This document shows positions 26,541 through 40,678 of a DNA stretch of 64,000 nucleotides, piece after piece. The notes beneath the pieces were generated by a model. The model ran no database searches, was not told the origin of the DNA, and was given only the letters and a program-made list of their open reading frames with translations. Made by a program: the position numbers and the translations under genes. Origin of the DNA: the human T2T-CHM13v2.0 reference genome, Homo sapiens. Each line of letters begins with the position of its first letter. Position 1 is the first letter of the stretch. Location of the stretch: assembly GCF_009914755.1 (NCBI RefSeq), contig NC_060943.1; one strand, 5' to 3'.

Positions 26541-27409
26541 TGTGCCAGAACGTTATTTACAATGAAGGAAACTGAGGTCCAGCGGGGAAGGGTCTTGCTC
26601 AGAGTCACACAGAGGGGAAGAGCTGGGATTGGAGCCCACTTTTGGAGGCGTCAGGCGTTGTTCCTGATTCGCTGTAGGACTTTGGTCGAGCGGCAGTGCT
26701 TCCCTGAGCCTCAGCGTTGCCCGTTGCTTGGAGGCCCTGTCGGAAATCTCTTTGCAGGATTCCGTTTGCGAGCCTGGGTTATTCCTCATTCCGGCAGCAG
26801 AGGGTGGCCTGGCTCCTTGCTCGGTGAACGTCTCTGGATGCTCTTAGCTGATGACAGGCAGGTCTTTCTGCCTCCTGCTTTCCACCGCACCAGGCTCGCT
26901 TGGGCTCGCCTTTCTCCAGTCCCTGCTTCCTCTGCTCTCCCACAACCCGGCGCAGCACCGTACATGCTCACTCAGCTCCCAGCTTCCAGCCTCCCCCCTG
27001 CACACCGGGCCGGTGTGGGCAGAAGGAAGAGGGGCATATTCCCAGACACCGCCATTGCACTTTTGTGCCTTTTCCCCCATATTCAAGAGTTGCCTCCCTC
27101 AGGAAGCCCTCCTGGACTGCCTGACCCACAGGCACCTTTACAGCATGAACGGAAAGGCCATAGCCTAGACGGGGCACTGGGCGTGATTTGTCTCTCGGGC
27201 GCCAGCGTCACTTGCAGGCCTCGTGATAAGGAATGGACACCGTGGGTTCTTCTGCCCAGCCTGGCCTGTCCTCCTGGGGTCAGCCCCTCAGTACACCCCA
27301 AGCCTGCAGCTCTCTGGGGACTGCGGGTGCTAACCCATCCCTATCCCTGGTTAAGGACTCAGGGTGGGAGCCGGAAATAGGTTTTGGACACCACAGTCTG
27401 GGCACTGTT

Positions 27410-29360
<1,951 letters not shown>

Positions 29361-30114
29361 GCCTTCTCCTCCCTAAGGCACTTGTGTGCCAAAGGGCTCT
29401 CTCCTGGGGGCCACCCCCCGTCAAGTGGCCAGGAAGGCACTCCTTCCACCCCAACCCTGTAGGGGAGCAGGGCAGTCCAGCTGTGTCCTCGCAGAGATGC
29501 AGCGGCCAAGTCCCTGGGCACAGCAGCAGATGCCTGCCAGTGGGCACTTTGGGATGAGCAGCGCCCCCACAGGTCCTGCCACACCCCTTCCCCCCGAGAG
29601 CTCTGTCCGTGGGTTCCGTGGGCATCCGGTTGTGGAGGAAGTCACAGATGCCGCACTAAGGAGTGTGGGGTTGACGCTGCCAGCAACGGAGCCGTGGAAG
29701 GTTTCAGAGGAGCAGTGACAGACTCAGACTTCGAGCCGACTTCGGAGCAGGAAGGGGCAGGGAAGTGGGTTCCAACAGCCCGGGGGGGGGACGTTGGGAG
29801 ATGGGGAGCCCTCCCAGATGGGGGCTGGGAGGACCGCAGGTCCTGGATGGTTCCTACGCGCCCAAGTGCAGCCCCCAGGGAGCTGCTTTTCCCCGGGAGC
29901 CAATCCTGCTTCCAGGTGGCCTGGAGCCCTGAGTACACATGCAGGTTCCCAGCCGCCCTGGGAGCCATGGGCTCCTCAGAGTGAGGAGTCGCTTCGAGGA
30001 AGCCCAGTGCACAGGGTGGACCACGGTCCTTGCTGCACCCGAGGTGAACGTCAGGGCCCCCCCCCACTTCCCTTCCTAAACATGTGACACCAGAAAGAAC
30101 CCGGGGACTGCAGG

Positions 30115-32531
30115 GCATCGTTATAAAATGTCACGTTTATTGCTACAGTGCTGTTATATACAGGACAGGTCTCTGAATCCACCTGAAAGAGGGTCGTTTT
30201 AAAGTCCCAATCATCCAGCCAGCTGTGTTGACACGTATACAATTATTTTCTTTAAAAAAATTTTTTTGAAAACCATCTTGAGGCACTCAGATCACACCCC
30301 CCACCCCCCATAATTGTGGTTCCCAGGAACTGCTGTTTCTTCCTCCTCGCGCTGGGTGAATCTCGTTTGAATTCTATGCAGAACGCACAGTTCCAGAGGC
30401 TATGGGGCCACTGCCCACCCAGACCTAGGGGCAGGGCCAGGAGCAAAACAAGAGGGAGAGGCAAGTTCCCTTAAGAGATCAAACTCCCAGGGCGTAGGGG
30501 AAGCCACCGAGAAGGGAGAGGCAGCCGGACAGCCCCTCCCCTCCGCCTGGCCTGGACTGGGGGCAGATACCAGGCATTGAGCTGGCCTTGAGGTTTCCCT
30601 TGCATCTACCATGGGGCCCAGGCTCCCAAGCCAGTCTGGGGAGGGGAGTCAGGCAGTCCAGGATCTCCTGGGGGTAACGGTGGGAGTCTCAGGAGTGGCA
30701 CGGGGGGAGACGCCCGACCTGCAGCGGGGATGAACACAGCCAGCCCAGGGGTCCACAAGGCCTCAATGCAGGGAGGGGCATGAAGGGCACATGAAGGCCC
30801 CCAGCTAGCCAGGCCCACACCTGGGTGCCACAGTGACCACTGCCCTAGTTCGTGTGGAACTGGATGGGATCCCAGGGTAGGAGACTTGCAGTTTTAAACC
30901 CAAGACAGTCCCCAGCCAGCTGGGAAGAGCTGGTTACCCTCATGGCAAAAGACCAGAAAAGGAGACCTGGAGAGAGGCCTGGGTGCTGGGACATGGGACA
31001 CAGATGGGCCCGAGGGGACACCCTGCTGGTTCTGCAGCAGGGTCGGACGCACAGCCCAAGGCCTTCGTGGGGCTCAGACCAGCACAGTCCCCCGGCTCCA
31101 GCCACTCTTGCCCTTGGACCACACAGAGGGAGGGCAGCAGGTGTGGCCCCAGGCCCAGGGATGCTCCCCAGCATTGGGGGAGGCTGGCCAGGCCCCTGGC
31201 ATCCTGTCTACGTCACGATGGCCCTCTGGTGTAATGGGGACATGGTGGGGTGGGGTGGGGGGTGTCCTGTGCTGGCTCCTGAGCAGCATCCTCTCAGCCA
31301 GAGTTCAGAGCATGAGCCTGGGTCCCTGGGGCAAAGGAGTGAAGGACAGGGTGTCCAGGAGGTCCCCAGCACCGGGCTCCAGGGTGTGGTCCCCATGCCA
31401 GGGGTCACTGGTCCCAACAAAATGCCCCATTTCAGAGAGCTGTGCAGGTTCCAAGGGAGAGCAGCTTAGGGGGGCCTGGGGAGGGCGTTGTGTAGGGTAG
31501 CCCTGGGGGCCACAGCTGCTTGGCAGAGTCACCTGGGAGGGTCAGAGCCACCTTGCTGACGTCCCTTCCCCCAAGCCCAGGTCAGTCCCCTTCCTGAGGG
31601 GAGAGGATGCGGCAGGGAAGCCCCAAGGTGCCTTCATCAGGGAACGCCCACGCATCACTTTCCACATGACAAAACCAAGAGAACCCCCAACATCAAAAAA
31701 ACAAAAGACCCGCCGCCTGTCCCCGTTCTGTCTGTGTGCAGTGGCTTCCGGGGGGGGGGGGGGACGGGGGGGCTCAGGTTTACACGGGGTCTTTTTAATA
31801 CAACGTTTAATCATCTGGTTGATCAAGAAATGCAATGCTCAGTCTAGGAACAGCAGCAGAAATAGCGAGAGACACGGGACTTTTATACAAAAAAATTTGT
31901 TGCTTACAAAACATATGCAAAAAAAGCTTAAAAAAACCAGAGACCAAAGGCAGCATCCTTGCTAATTTTCATCTACATTAAGAAAAAAAAAATCTTGTAA
32001 CTAATGTTTTTATTTTCCTTAAAAAAAATATTTCGCTTAGGCACAATTTGCTGGTGGCTTTAGAAGAATAAGCCAGGTTTCCACAGCATCCCCCTTGAGT
32101 GATATGTTTCCATTTCTCCGCTTTTTATAGTTAAGGCATTTTTTTCTTCTCTGACAAAGTGTATGTTTTGTTGCTTGCTTTCAGGTTTTGTTTACTGGAA
32201 AAAAAAAAAATGCTCCTGTCAGCCCAGGCAACAGGGCCAAGATGCAGTTTCAGGATCCATGGGACAGGTCACAGAGTGACACGGTGGCTGAGATTCGGGG
32301 ACAGGGGGAGCGAGGCCAGTGAGTGGTAGGCCAGGGCCCCAGGGAGCTCCTGGACCCAGTGTCACCTTGGCCGCCCCCATCACTCCGAACCTTGTCAGGT
32401 TGGTGTTGGCTCGATGCTGACAACAGGTGTGTGAGGTGTGGATGTGGATGAAGCCCGGGGTCTCGAGTGGCCGTTCTGGGGCCAGAGCACAGGGCTGAAA
32501 GCGGGTGGCTCGTCCCACGGAGGCATACCTT
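30115..32531 (-). other. TCF3: TCF3 3'UTR
   Basis: Follows the TGA at 32532; distal AATAAA at 30136-30141 with UGUAUAUA at 30155-30162; proximal AATAAA at 32009-32014; U-rich block at ~31790-32210. Confidence 0.85.
30136..30141 (-). terminator. TCF3 distal polyadenylation signal
   Basis: AATAAA on the minus strand, with UGUA elements upstream and GU/U-rich sequence downstream. Confidence 0.8.
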
Positions 32532-32674
32532 TCACATGTGCCCGGCGGGGTTGTGGGCTTCGCTCAGGCCTGGGTGGGGAGCTGAAAGCACCATCTGGGG
32601 GTCTCCAACCACACCTGACACCTTTTCCTCTTCTCGCCGTTTCAAACAGGCTGCTTTGGGATTCAGGTTCCGCT
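32532..32674 (-). CDS. TCF3: TCF3 last coding exon 19 ([21 protein letters not shown]...PAGHM*)
   Basis: ctccctccag| acceptor; E-protein C-domain; TGA at 32532-32534. Confidence 0.97.
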
Positions 32675-33031
32675 CTGGAGGGAGGGGGGAGAGCTCTGTG
32701 GGAGACGGTCCCAGGGAGGAGAAAGATGTGAGGTGGGAGTGGGGGGTAGGATGTCGGGGGGGGGGGTGGGGGCAGAGCCCCATCACGTGTGGCCTCCTGT
32801 ATTTCCGGCTCTCACCTCCTTCCTTGAGAAGGCTGGGGGGATGGGGTGGAGGCTTGTAAAGAAGAGAGTGGGTATCAGGGGGTGTCTGGGGAACATCACT
32901 GGGTCTGAGTCCAGCCACAAAGACAGACATGGACAGAGTCCGGGGGCGGCAAGCACAGGAGGACCCCAGCATCTGCACCTGGGTGTGGGGAAGGGAGAGG
33001 GTGCTGGGGCAGCCCTGGCCGGGGAGCCTAC

Positions 33032-33258
33032 CTCGCACCTGCTGCTCCAGCCCCAGGATGACCTGCACGGCCTGCTGCAGGATGAGCAGCTTGGTCTGCG
33101 CTTTGTCCGACTTGAGGTGCATCTGGCACATGCGCCCCAGCTCCCGGAAGGCCTCGTTAATATCCCGCACGCGCACCCGCTCCCGCGCGTTATTGGCCAT
33201 GCGCCTCTCCCGGTCCCTCAGGTCTTTCTCCTCCAGGGACAGCACCTCGTCCGTACTG
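33032..33258 (-). CDS. TCF3: TCF3 E47-specific bHLH exon (18b)
   Basis: [75 protein letters not shown]; 227 nt; CAGCAG acceptor, G|GTAGGC donor. Confidence 0.97.
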
Positions 33259-33344
33259 CTGGGTCACAGCACCGAGGCCTCTGTTAGTGATGCGCCAAGG
33301 CTGGGTGGGAGGGCAGGGCTGGGTTGTGGAGAGGGTATCCAGCT

Positions 33345-33975
33345 ACTTGTGTTTGTGCTGGTGTGGGCAGCAGTGTGGGTACACGGCTGGTGTTGGTGGG
33401 CACAGCAGTGTGGGCAGCAGTGCAGGTACATGGCTTACATTGGTGGGCACAGCAGTGTGGGTACACGGCTGGTGTTGGTGTGGGCAGCAGTGCAGGTACA
33501 CGGCTGGTGTTGGTGTGGGCAGCAGTGCGGGTACACGGCTGGTGTGGGTGTGGGCAGCAGTGCGGGTACACGGCTTACGTTGGTGGACACAGCAGTGTGG
33601 GTACACGGCTGGTGTTGGTGTGGGCAGCAGTGCAGTTACACAGCTGGTGTCAGGCACTGCAGTGCAGGTACACGGCTGGTGTCGGGCACAGCAATGCAGG
33701 TACATGGCTGGTGTGGGTGTGGACAGCAGTGGGGGTACACGGCTGGTGTGGGCAGCAGTGCGGGTACACAGCTTACGTTGCTGGGCACAGCAATGTGGGT
33801 ACATGGCTGGTGCTGCTGTGGGCAGCAGTGCAGTTACACAGCTGGTGTCAGGCACTGCAGTGTAGGTACACGGCTGGTGTCGGGCACAGCAATGCAGGTA
33901 CATGGCTGGTGTGGGTGTGGACAGCAGTGGGGGTACACGGCTGGTGTTGGTGTGGGCAGCAGTACGGGTCCACAT
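33345..33975 (+). repeat. Minisatellite, ~35 bp unit (GTGTGGGCAGCAGTGCGGGTACACGGCTGGTGTTG), upstream of the E47 exon
   Basis: Visible tandem array with a ~200-bp higher-order duplication. Confidence 0.93.
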
Positions 33976-36109
33976 GCTGATGTGTGTGTTGTCACATGCG
34001 TGAAAATGTGCTTCTCTGTGCACGCGGCGAATGTGCTCCCTGGAATGCAGCAGAGCCCCATGGTGGGGCGCCTGTGTGTGTACGCGACTGGCTGCCCAGG
34101 TGCAAGTGCCCTCAGACTCAGCTCTAGGGGAGGCTGTGGATGTGGTCACACCCAGGAAGACCCAAGGTCTGACTGTTCCCAGACGTTTCTGTGGAGGGAG
34201 ATGGGGCCCTGCTTCCCCGTCTGGGAGCCCACAGGGTAACTGCTTCTCCCTTGACCCTGCTCACTCTGTGGGCCCCAGGGCAGGGCTGGGGGCAGGGGAG
34301 GCCCAGTGCCTGCTCCTCTCTTTGTTCTTCCCTCCCAAGATGATGACTTTCCCTGCTCAGAGCAGCCACTTGCGGGGTGATGGACAGCTAGGCCTGGCCA
34401 GACTCACTGTGGACAGAGGAGGCCTTGAAGACACGGGCTCAGCAGGCAAATACCTGGGCCACTCCAAAAACCCGGGACTGGGGAGTCCAGGACTCAAATC
34501 AGGGCTCACATGGAGCAAACCAGCTCCCATCCCCCGAGACCCCCACACCCTGGGGAGGAGCCTCAGAAATGCACCCGTCCCCTACAGTGAACTCCGGCTG
34601 CCCCAAGATGAGCCCTCCCTGAGCTCCTGCCCCTGGCTGGGAAGGCCAGCTCCCTAGGCCTCCAGGAACCCCATTGTCACTGCCACCGTGAATGGTCGCA
34701 GTAGGAGCTCTGAGGTTCCAAGAGCCTGTTCTGTGCCAGGCCCAAGGCTGAGCCCCCTCTCCAGCCGAGCAGCATGCAGCTGGCGAGCGGGCACTGTTGC
34801 TGCTGCCGCAGGGGTGCGGGTCCCGGCCCAGGCCTCTGTGCTGCATGGCCCTGCATGGGTGACCTCGCTCTGTTCCCTGGCTTCCTACTTGGTAGAATGG
34901 ATGCCGGTCCCCATCAGGGCACCCACTGCTCTAGGTTGTGGTGAAGATGAAATGGGTGAAGGTCTGGCCCAGTGCCCAGCATGCCTGGTGCCCTGTCTTA
35001 GTCTCTAGGGGGCTGCCTCACCCACTTGCCTGCCCACCCTGCCTTAGGGGCCTGAGGGGATCCCTCCAGGTGGTGGGGGCGGCCCCTGGAGCCCAGGACA
35101 AGCGCACAGACCAAACTGACAGGACCAGGGGCTGCGTGCTCCCGGGTCTGGTTTCTTCCCGCAAGCCCTGACGGGGGGCTTTGGGGGAGGAAACGCCCTG
35201 AGGTTGCAGCCCAGCCGCTCCCGGTGCTCGGGCAGCAAGTGCGAGGTGAGGAGGGGCTGCCACGGGAAGCAGAGGGACGGACGGGCGGGATGGAGGGGAG
35301 GGCGGAAGGCAGACAGCAGAGAGGCGGGCTTGGGGGGCGCGAGGCGTGCCACACACGGCTGCAGAGACTCGGAAACCTTAGAGCTGAGGGGATAGCGTGT
35401 GGGCCGGGCCGGGGCTCTGGCTCCGGTCCCAGCAACAGTGCTGCAGGAGAGAAAGGGTTAACGGGGTGCAGGCGAGGAAAGGAAGGAGTTAAGGAAGCAG
35501 CCGCCAGCGCCAGCGGGGGGAAGGAGTCAGCTCACATCTGCGGGTGGGGACAGGGTCTGTCTGTATCCTTCCTCCCCCTGGCCCTGGGAAATGGGGGTGA
35601 TAGGAAGTTTCCCTATCACCTTCAGATAGGGAAACTGAGTCAGAGACAGGGGATGGGCTCATGTGGCCTTGCGTGGCATCTGCCTGACGGGAAGGGGCCA
35701 GGGTGGTTTGCACACCAGCTCCTGTCTCTGGGATCGGGGGACACTGGCCTCTGTGAGCTGGGTTCTGGGCTTCCCAAGAAAGGAGGACCACGGCGAGTGG
35801 GAGCCCCGTGGAGCTGGGAGATACAGTTCTGAGCCACAGAGCCCAGGCCTGAAGGACTAGGGGTCCAGAAAGAGTCCAGTCCTCCCACTGTGGAGGGGAT
35901 GCTGAGGCAGGCAGGGAGAAGGGCTGGCAGTCAGGAGTGGACAGTCATGGCAATGCGGTCAGAGGGGTGAAGGGCACAGTCACTGCAAGGAGGCAACTGC
36001 TGCAGAGGGAGGGCTGGCTCCAGGAAGGCGGGCGGGGAAGGAGAACGAGGGCAGGAACACGAGGGAGGGTGGCGCTGCAGGGACGCTGGTGGCCCGCGCC
36101 CCCACTGAC

Positions 36110-36345
36110 CTCGCACTTGCTGCTCCAAGTTCAGGATGACCGAGACAGCCTGGTGCAGGATGAGCAGTTTGGTCTGGGGCTTCTCGCTGTTGAGGTGCAG
36201 TTGGCACATGCGCCCCAGCTCCTTAAAGGCCTCGTTGATGTCACGGACCCGCAGCCGCTCCCGGGCGTTATTGGCCACCCGGCGCTCCTTCTCCCGCTCG
36301 GCCTTCTGCTCTGGGGGGAGAAGGTCGTCCTCGTCCTCGTCTGGG
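36110..36345 (-). CDS. TCF3: TCF3 E12-specific bHLH exon (18a)
   Basis: [78 protein letters not shown]; 236 nt; atag| acceptor, G|GTCAGT donor. Confidence 0.97.
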
Positions 36346-36510
36346 CTATGGGGAGGGCGCCGGGAGGGGGCCAGAGGGAGACAGTGAGGTTGGGGGAAGA
36401 GCGTGGGGCCCGCCGACGGCCTCCCAGTGTGGGTGCGGTGTGCGTGTGGCCTGTGCACATGTGCGTCCTGATGGGGTGAGGGTGGGGAGTGCCGAGGGGT
36501 GGGTTGGCAC

Positions 36511-36646
36511 CTGGTCCGGGCCCGGGGGGCCTTCAGCTCCTTCTTCTCCTCCTCCGAGTGGTCAGCCGCTGACGTGTTCTCCTCGTCCTCCTTCTCCTCC
36601 CGCTTGATCTCGCTGGCGGCCGCCGTGGCACCTGCTCGCCCTAGCC
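36511..36646 (-). CDS. TCF3: TCF3 exon 17 ([25 protein letters not shown]...APRART)
   Basis: ttgcag| acceptor, AG|GTGCCA donor, 136 nt. Confidence 0.95.
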
Positions 36647-36779
36647 CTGCAACAGGCCTAGGGTCAGGGGCCTGCGTCGGCCTCCAGGGCCAACTGACAT
36701 ATCTCTTTGTGCTCCTGTGGTGAGGGACTTGGGCTTTCCTGGAAAAACCAGGTCTTGGCCAAAAATAAAAACAAAAAAC

Positions 36780-38290
<1,511 letters not shown>

Positions 38291-38574
38291 TGAATGCGGC
38301 CACTCTGCATTCAGCAGGGCCTGGGCCACCCCCAAAACCCGGGCTTGGGGAGTCCAGGAATCAGTCAGGGCTCACATGGAGCAAACCAGCTGCCATCCCC
38401 TGAGACCCCCGTACCCTGAGGGGGAGCCTCAGAAATGCACCCGCTCCCCACAGTGAACTCTGCTCCAATCGGCCAACGCCAGCCACCAGGACCAGCCCAG
38501 GCCTCAGCACACGAAGTGAAGGACAGGAAGGAAACAGAGGGGAGCCTATGGGTGAAAGACTAAGCTTGGGGCTG

Positions 38575-38772
38575 CCCCTGGAAACTGCTGACCTGTGGGT
38601 CCGGACCCTTCTCTGGGGTGGGGCCGTCCTGGGCACTGCAGGGTGCTGAGCAGCATCCCTGGCCCCCACCCACTCCATGCCAGGAGCTCCCCTCAGCCCT
38701 GACAACTGTAGATGTCCCCAGACATCACCCAGTGTCCCCTGGGGGCAGAGCCGCTGCGGTGAGATGCCCTGG
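38575..38772 (-). mobile_element. MER20 (hAT-Charlie) DNA transposon in TCF3 intron 16
   Basis: Minus strand reads CCCCCAGGGGACACTGG..GATGTCTGGGGACAT..GTTGTCA..GGCCAGGGATGCTGCT..CAGGACGGCCCC, matching the MER20 consensus as I recall it. Confidence 0.8.
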
Positions 38773-39935
38773 CCTAGGAGTGATAGAATCAAGGTACTTG
38801 GAAAGTCTGCCTGGAAAGCAGGCAGGATTCCTGGGCTGGTGGAAGGCACAGGGCCAGGACAGCGCCCACAATGACCCCACCTTCTCCTGGGCCTCTCATG
38901 GGTGTCTGAGACACTCAACAATCCCCAGGCCCAGGTCCAGATTTGTCCCCAACCTTTTCCTTTGTCCCCTTCCTTACGGAGTTCCCAGCCCCAGTGTCAC
39001 CCACAGCTCGGGCCAGAAATCCCAGAGCCACCCTGCCTTCTCTCACCCTCAAGTCCTGTCCATCACAAATCCTGTGGGCCCCGCCTTCAGGAGATGCAGG
39101 GCCCACCCACTGCTCACCCCTCCAAGGCCCCTGGACCAGCCCTGTGGCCTCTGCCTTGGTCTCCCGGTGCCACTCATAGTCTGTCCTCCAAGCAGCCACC
39201 AGAGGGTATCTGTGAGCACCTGGGTCAGGTCCCATCCCTCCTCAGCCCTCCACGGCTGCCACCTTTCTCATGGCCAAATCCCAAGTCCTCCCCGCAGCCC
39301 ACAAGGCCCCGCATGACCTGCCCTGCCCCGCCCTCCCCCCTTCCCTCTCTCCCTCTCCTCACTCTGCTCCAACCCCACGGGTCTCCTGGCTGTTCCTCCC
39401 AGGTGCAGTCCAGCCCCAGGGCCTTTGCCTGGGCTGCGCCCTCTGCCTGAAACCCTCCTCCTCCAGGTACTTGCCTACTCTTGCCTCCTCCCAGATGCTG
39501 CCCAAACACCACCTTGTGGCCTCATGGGCCACCATCTTCAAAGCCATACAAAACCCCCAACCCACCGCAGCCACTTCGTTCCTTCTCCCTGGCACCTGTA
39601 CTGTGCAGCGAGCTCCTGGTCTGTCTCCCCTGAGGCAGAGGCATCCTGCTGCACCCCTCGCCCCTTCCCCAGTGCTGAGCGCTGCCAGGCACACAGCGTC
39701 TGGGAGCAGGCGAATGAAGAGGCAGCCCAGAGCTGTCCACCTCACACGCCCAGGGCCAACGCCGGCCCCGCCGGTCTTACCCACCCTCCTGAAGTTGCTG
39801 ACTGGGGCGCCCATGTCACCAGGTGCCCCCACGGTGACACCTGCCCTGGGCTCCCACCCTGACCCCCACCACTAGAGTGCCTCAGTTTCCCCAACTGGAA
39901 CCAGGAGTCGGACAGTCCCAAGCTCAAGGGCTTAC

Positions 39936-40059
39936 CACTGTAGGAGTCGGGAGGCCGAGACAGGTCAGGGAGGGTGCCTGGCTGGCTGGGGAGGGCCGCG
40001 TGGTTGTGCATGAGGCTGGTGCTGCCTGCGAGGCCGTCCTCGGGGTGGCTGCCTCCAAC
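39936..40059 (-). CDS. TCF3: TCF3 exon 16 ([12 protein letters not shown]...PPDSYS)
   Basis: ctgcag| acceptor, G|GTAAGC donor, 124 nt. Confidence 0.95.
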
Positions 40060-40140
40060 CTGCAGGCGTGGGGAGACGGGTGCATCAGGGGGAGCCGGGT
40101 CCCCGCCCACTGCCCAGCTCCACCCTCGCCCAGCGCTCAC

Positions 40141-40299
40141 CAGGCCTGCGTGCCGCCCGCCCAGTGACATGGGGCCGGTGAAACCTGAGGCCAGCGCCCC
40201 GTGGCCAGGCAGCAGCGTGTGCATGTCGCCGGCTGTGCCCACGGCGTGGCTGCGGAGCACGTGGATGGCCTCGTCCAGGTGGTCTTCTATCTTACTCTG
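40141..40299 (-). CDS. TCF3: TCF3 exon 15 ([19 protein letters not shown]...GRHAGL; AD2 region)
   Basis: CAGCAG acceptor, CTG|GTGAGC donor, 159 nt. Confidence 0.95.
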
Positions 40300-40604
40300 C
40301 TGCAGGGTGGGGGGATGGGTGGTGAGGGGCCCAAGCCGAGGGACCCCACAGGCCTCCATTCATGTCCCTTCCGCATGCAAGTGGCCGGTGGTCCCATCTT
40401 CCCCTTCCCCAGGAAGCTGCATATGCCAGGCATCTGGCGCCCGGGAGCACACACAAAATGTGTGTGCCTTGGCGGCCACGAGGCCTCAATAACAGCTTGG
40501 GGCTTATTTACAAGAAACTAACAAAAAGGTTTCTCCTTCTCAAGGAGCGTCTGTCCTGCAAATTCTGTCGGGGAAGGGTGGGGTGGGGCGGGGCAGGCAC
40601 TCAC

Positions 40605-40678
40605 CAGGCCGTGGAGACCCCCGTCGTAGCTGGGCGATAAGGCACCGGGGGCTCCTGCTCGAGGCCACTGTGACGTTC
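40605..40678 (-). CDS. TCF3: TCF3 exon 14 ([24 protein letters not shown])
   Basis: ttccag| acceptor, CTG|GTGAGT donor, 74 nt. Confidence 0.95.

Noticed and set aside
26439-27380. 313-aa ORF divergent from UQCR11
   Set aside because: GTG start, GC-rich promoter flank with MIR-like fragments, no recognisable domain; at most a non-coding divergent transcript.
32929-34239. 436-aa plus-strand ORF
   Set aside because: Antisense to the E47 exon and running through a stop-poor minisatellite; repetitive, no recognisable protein.
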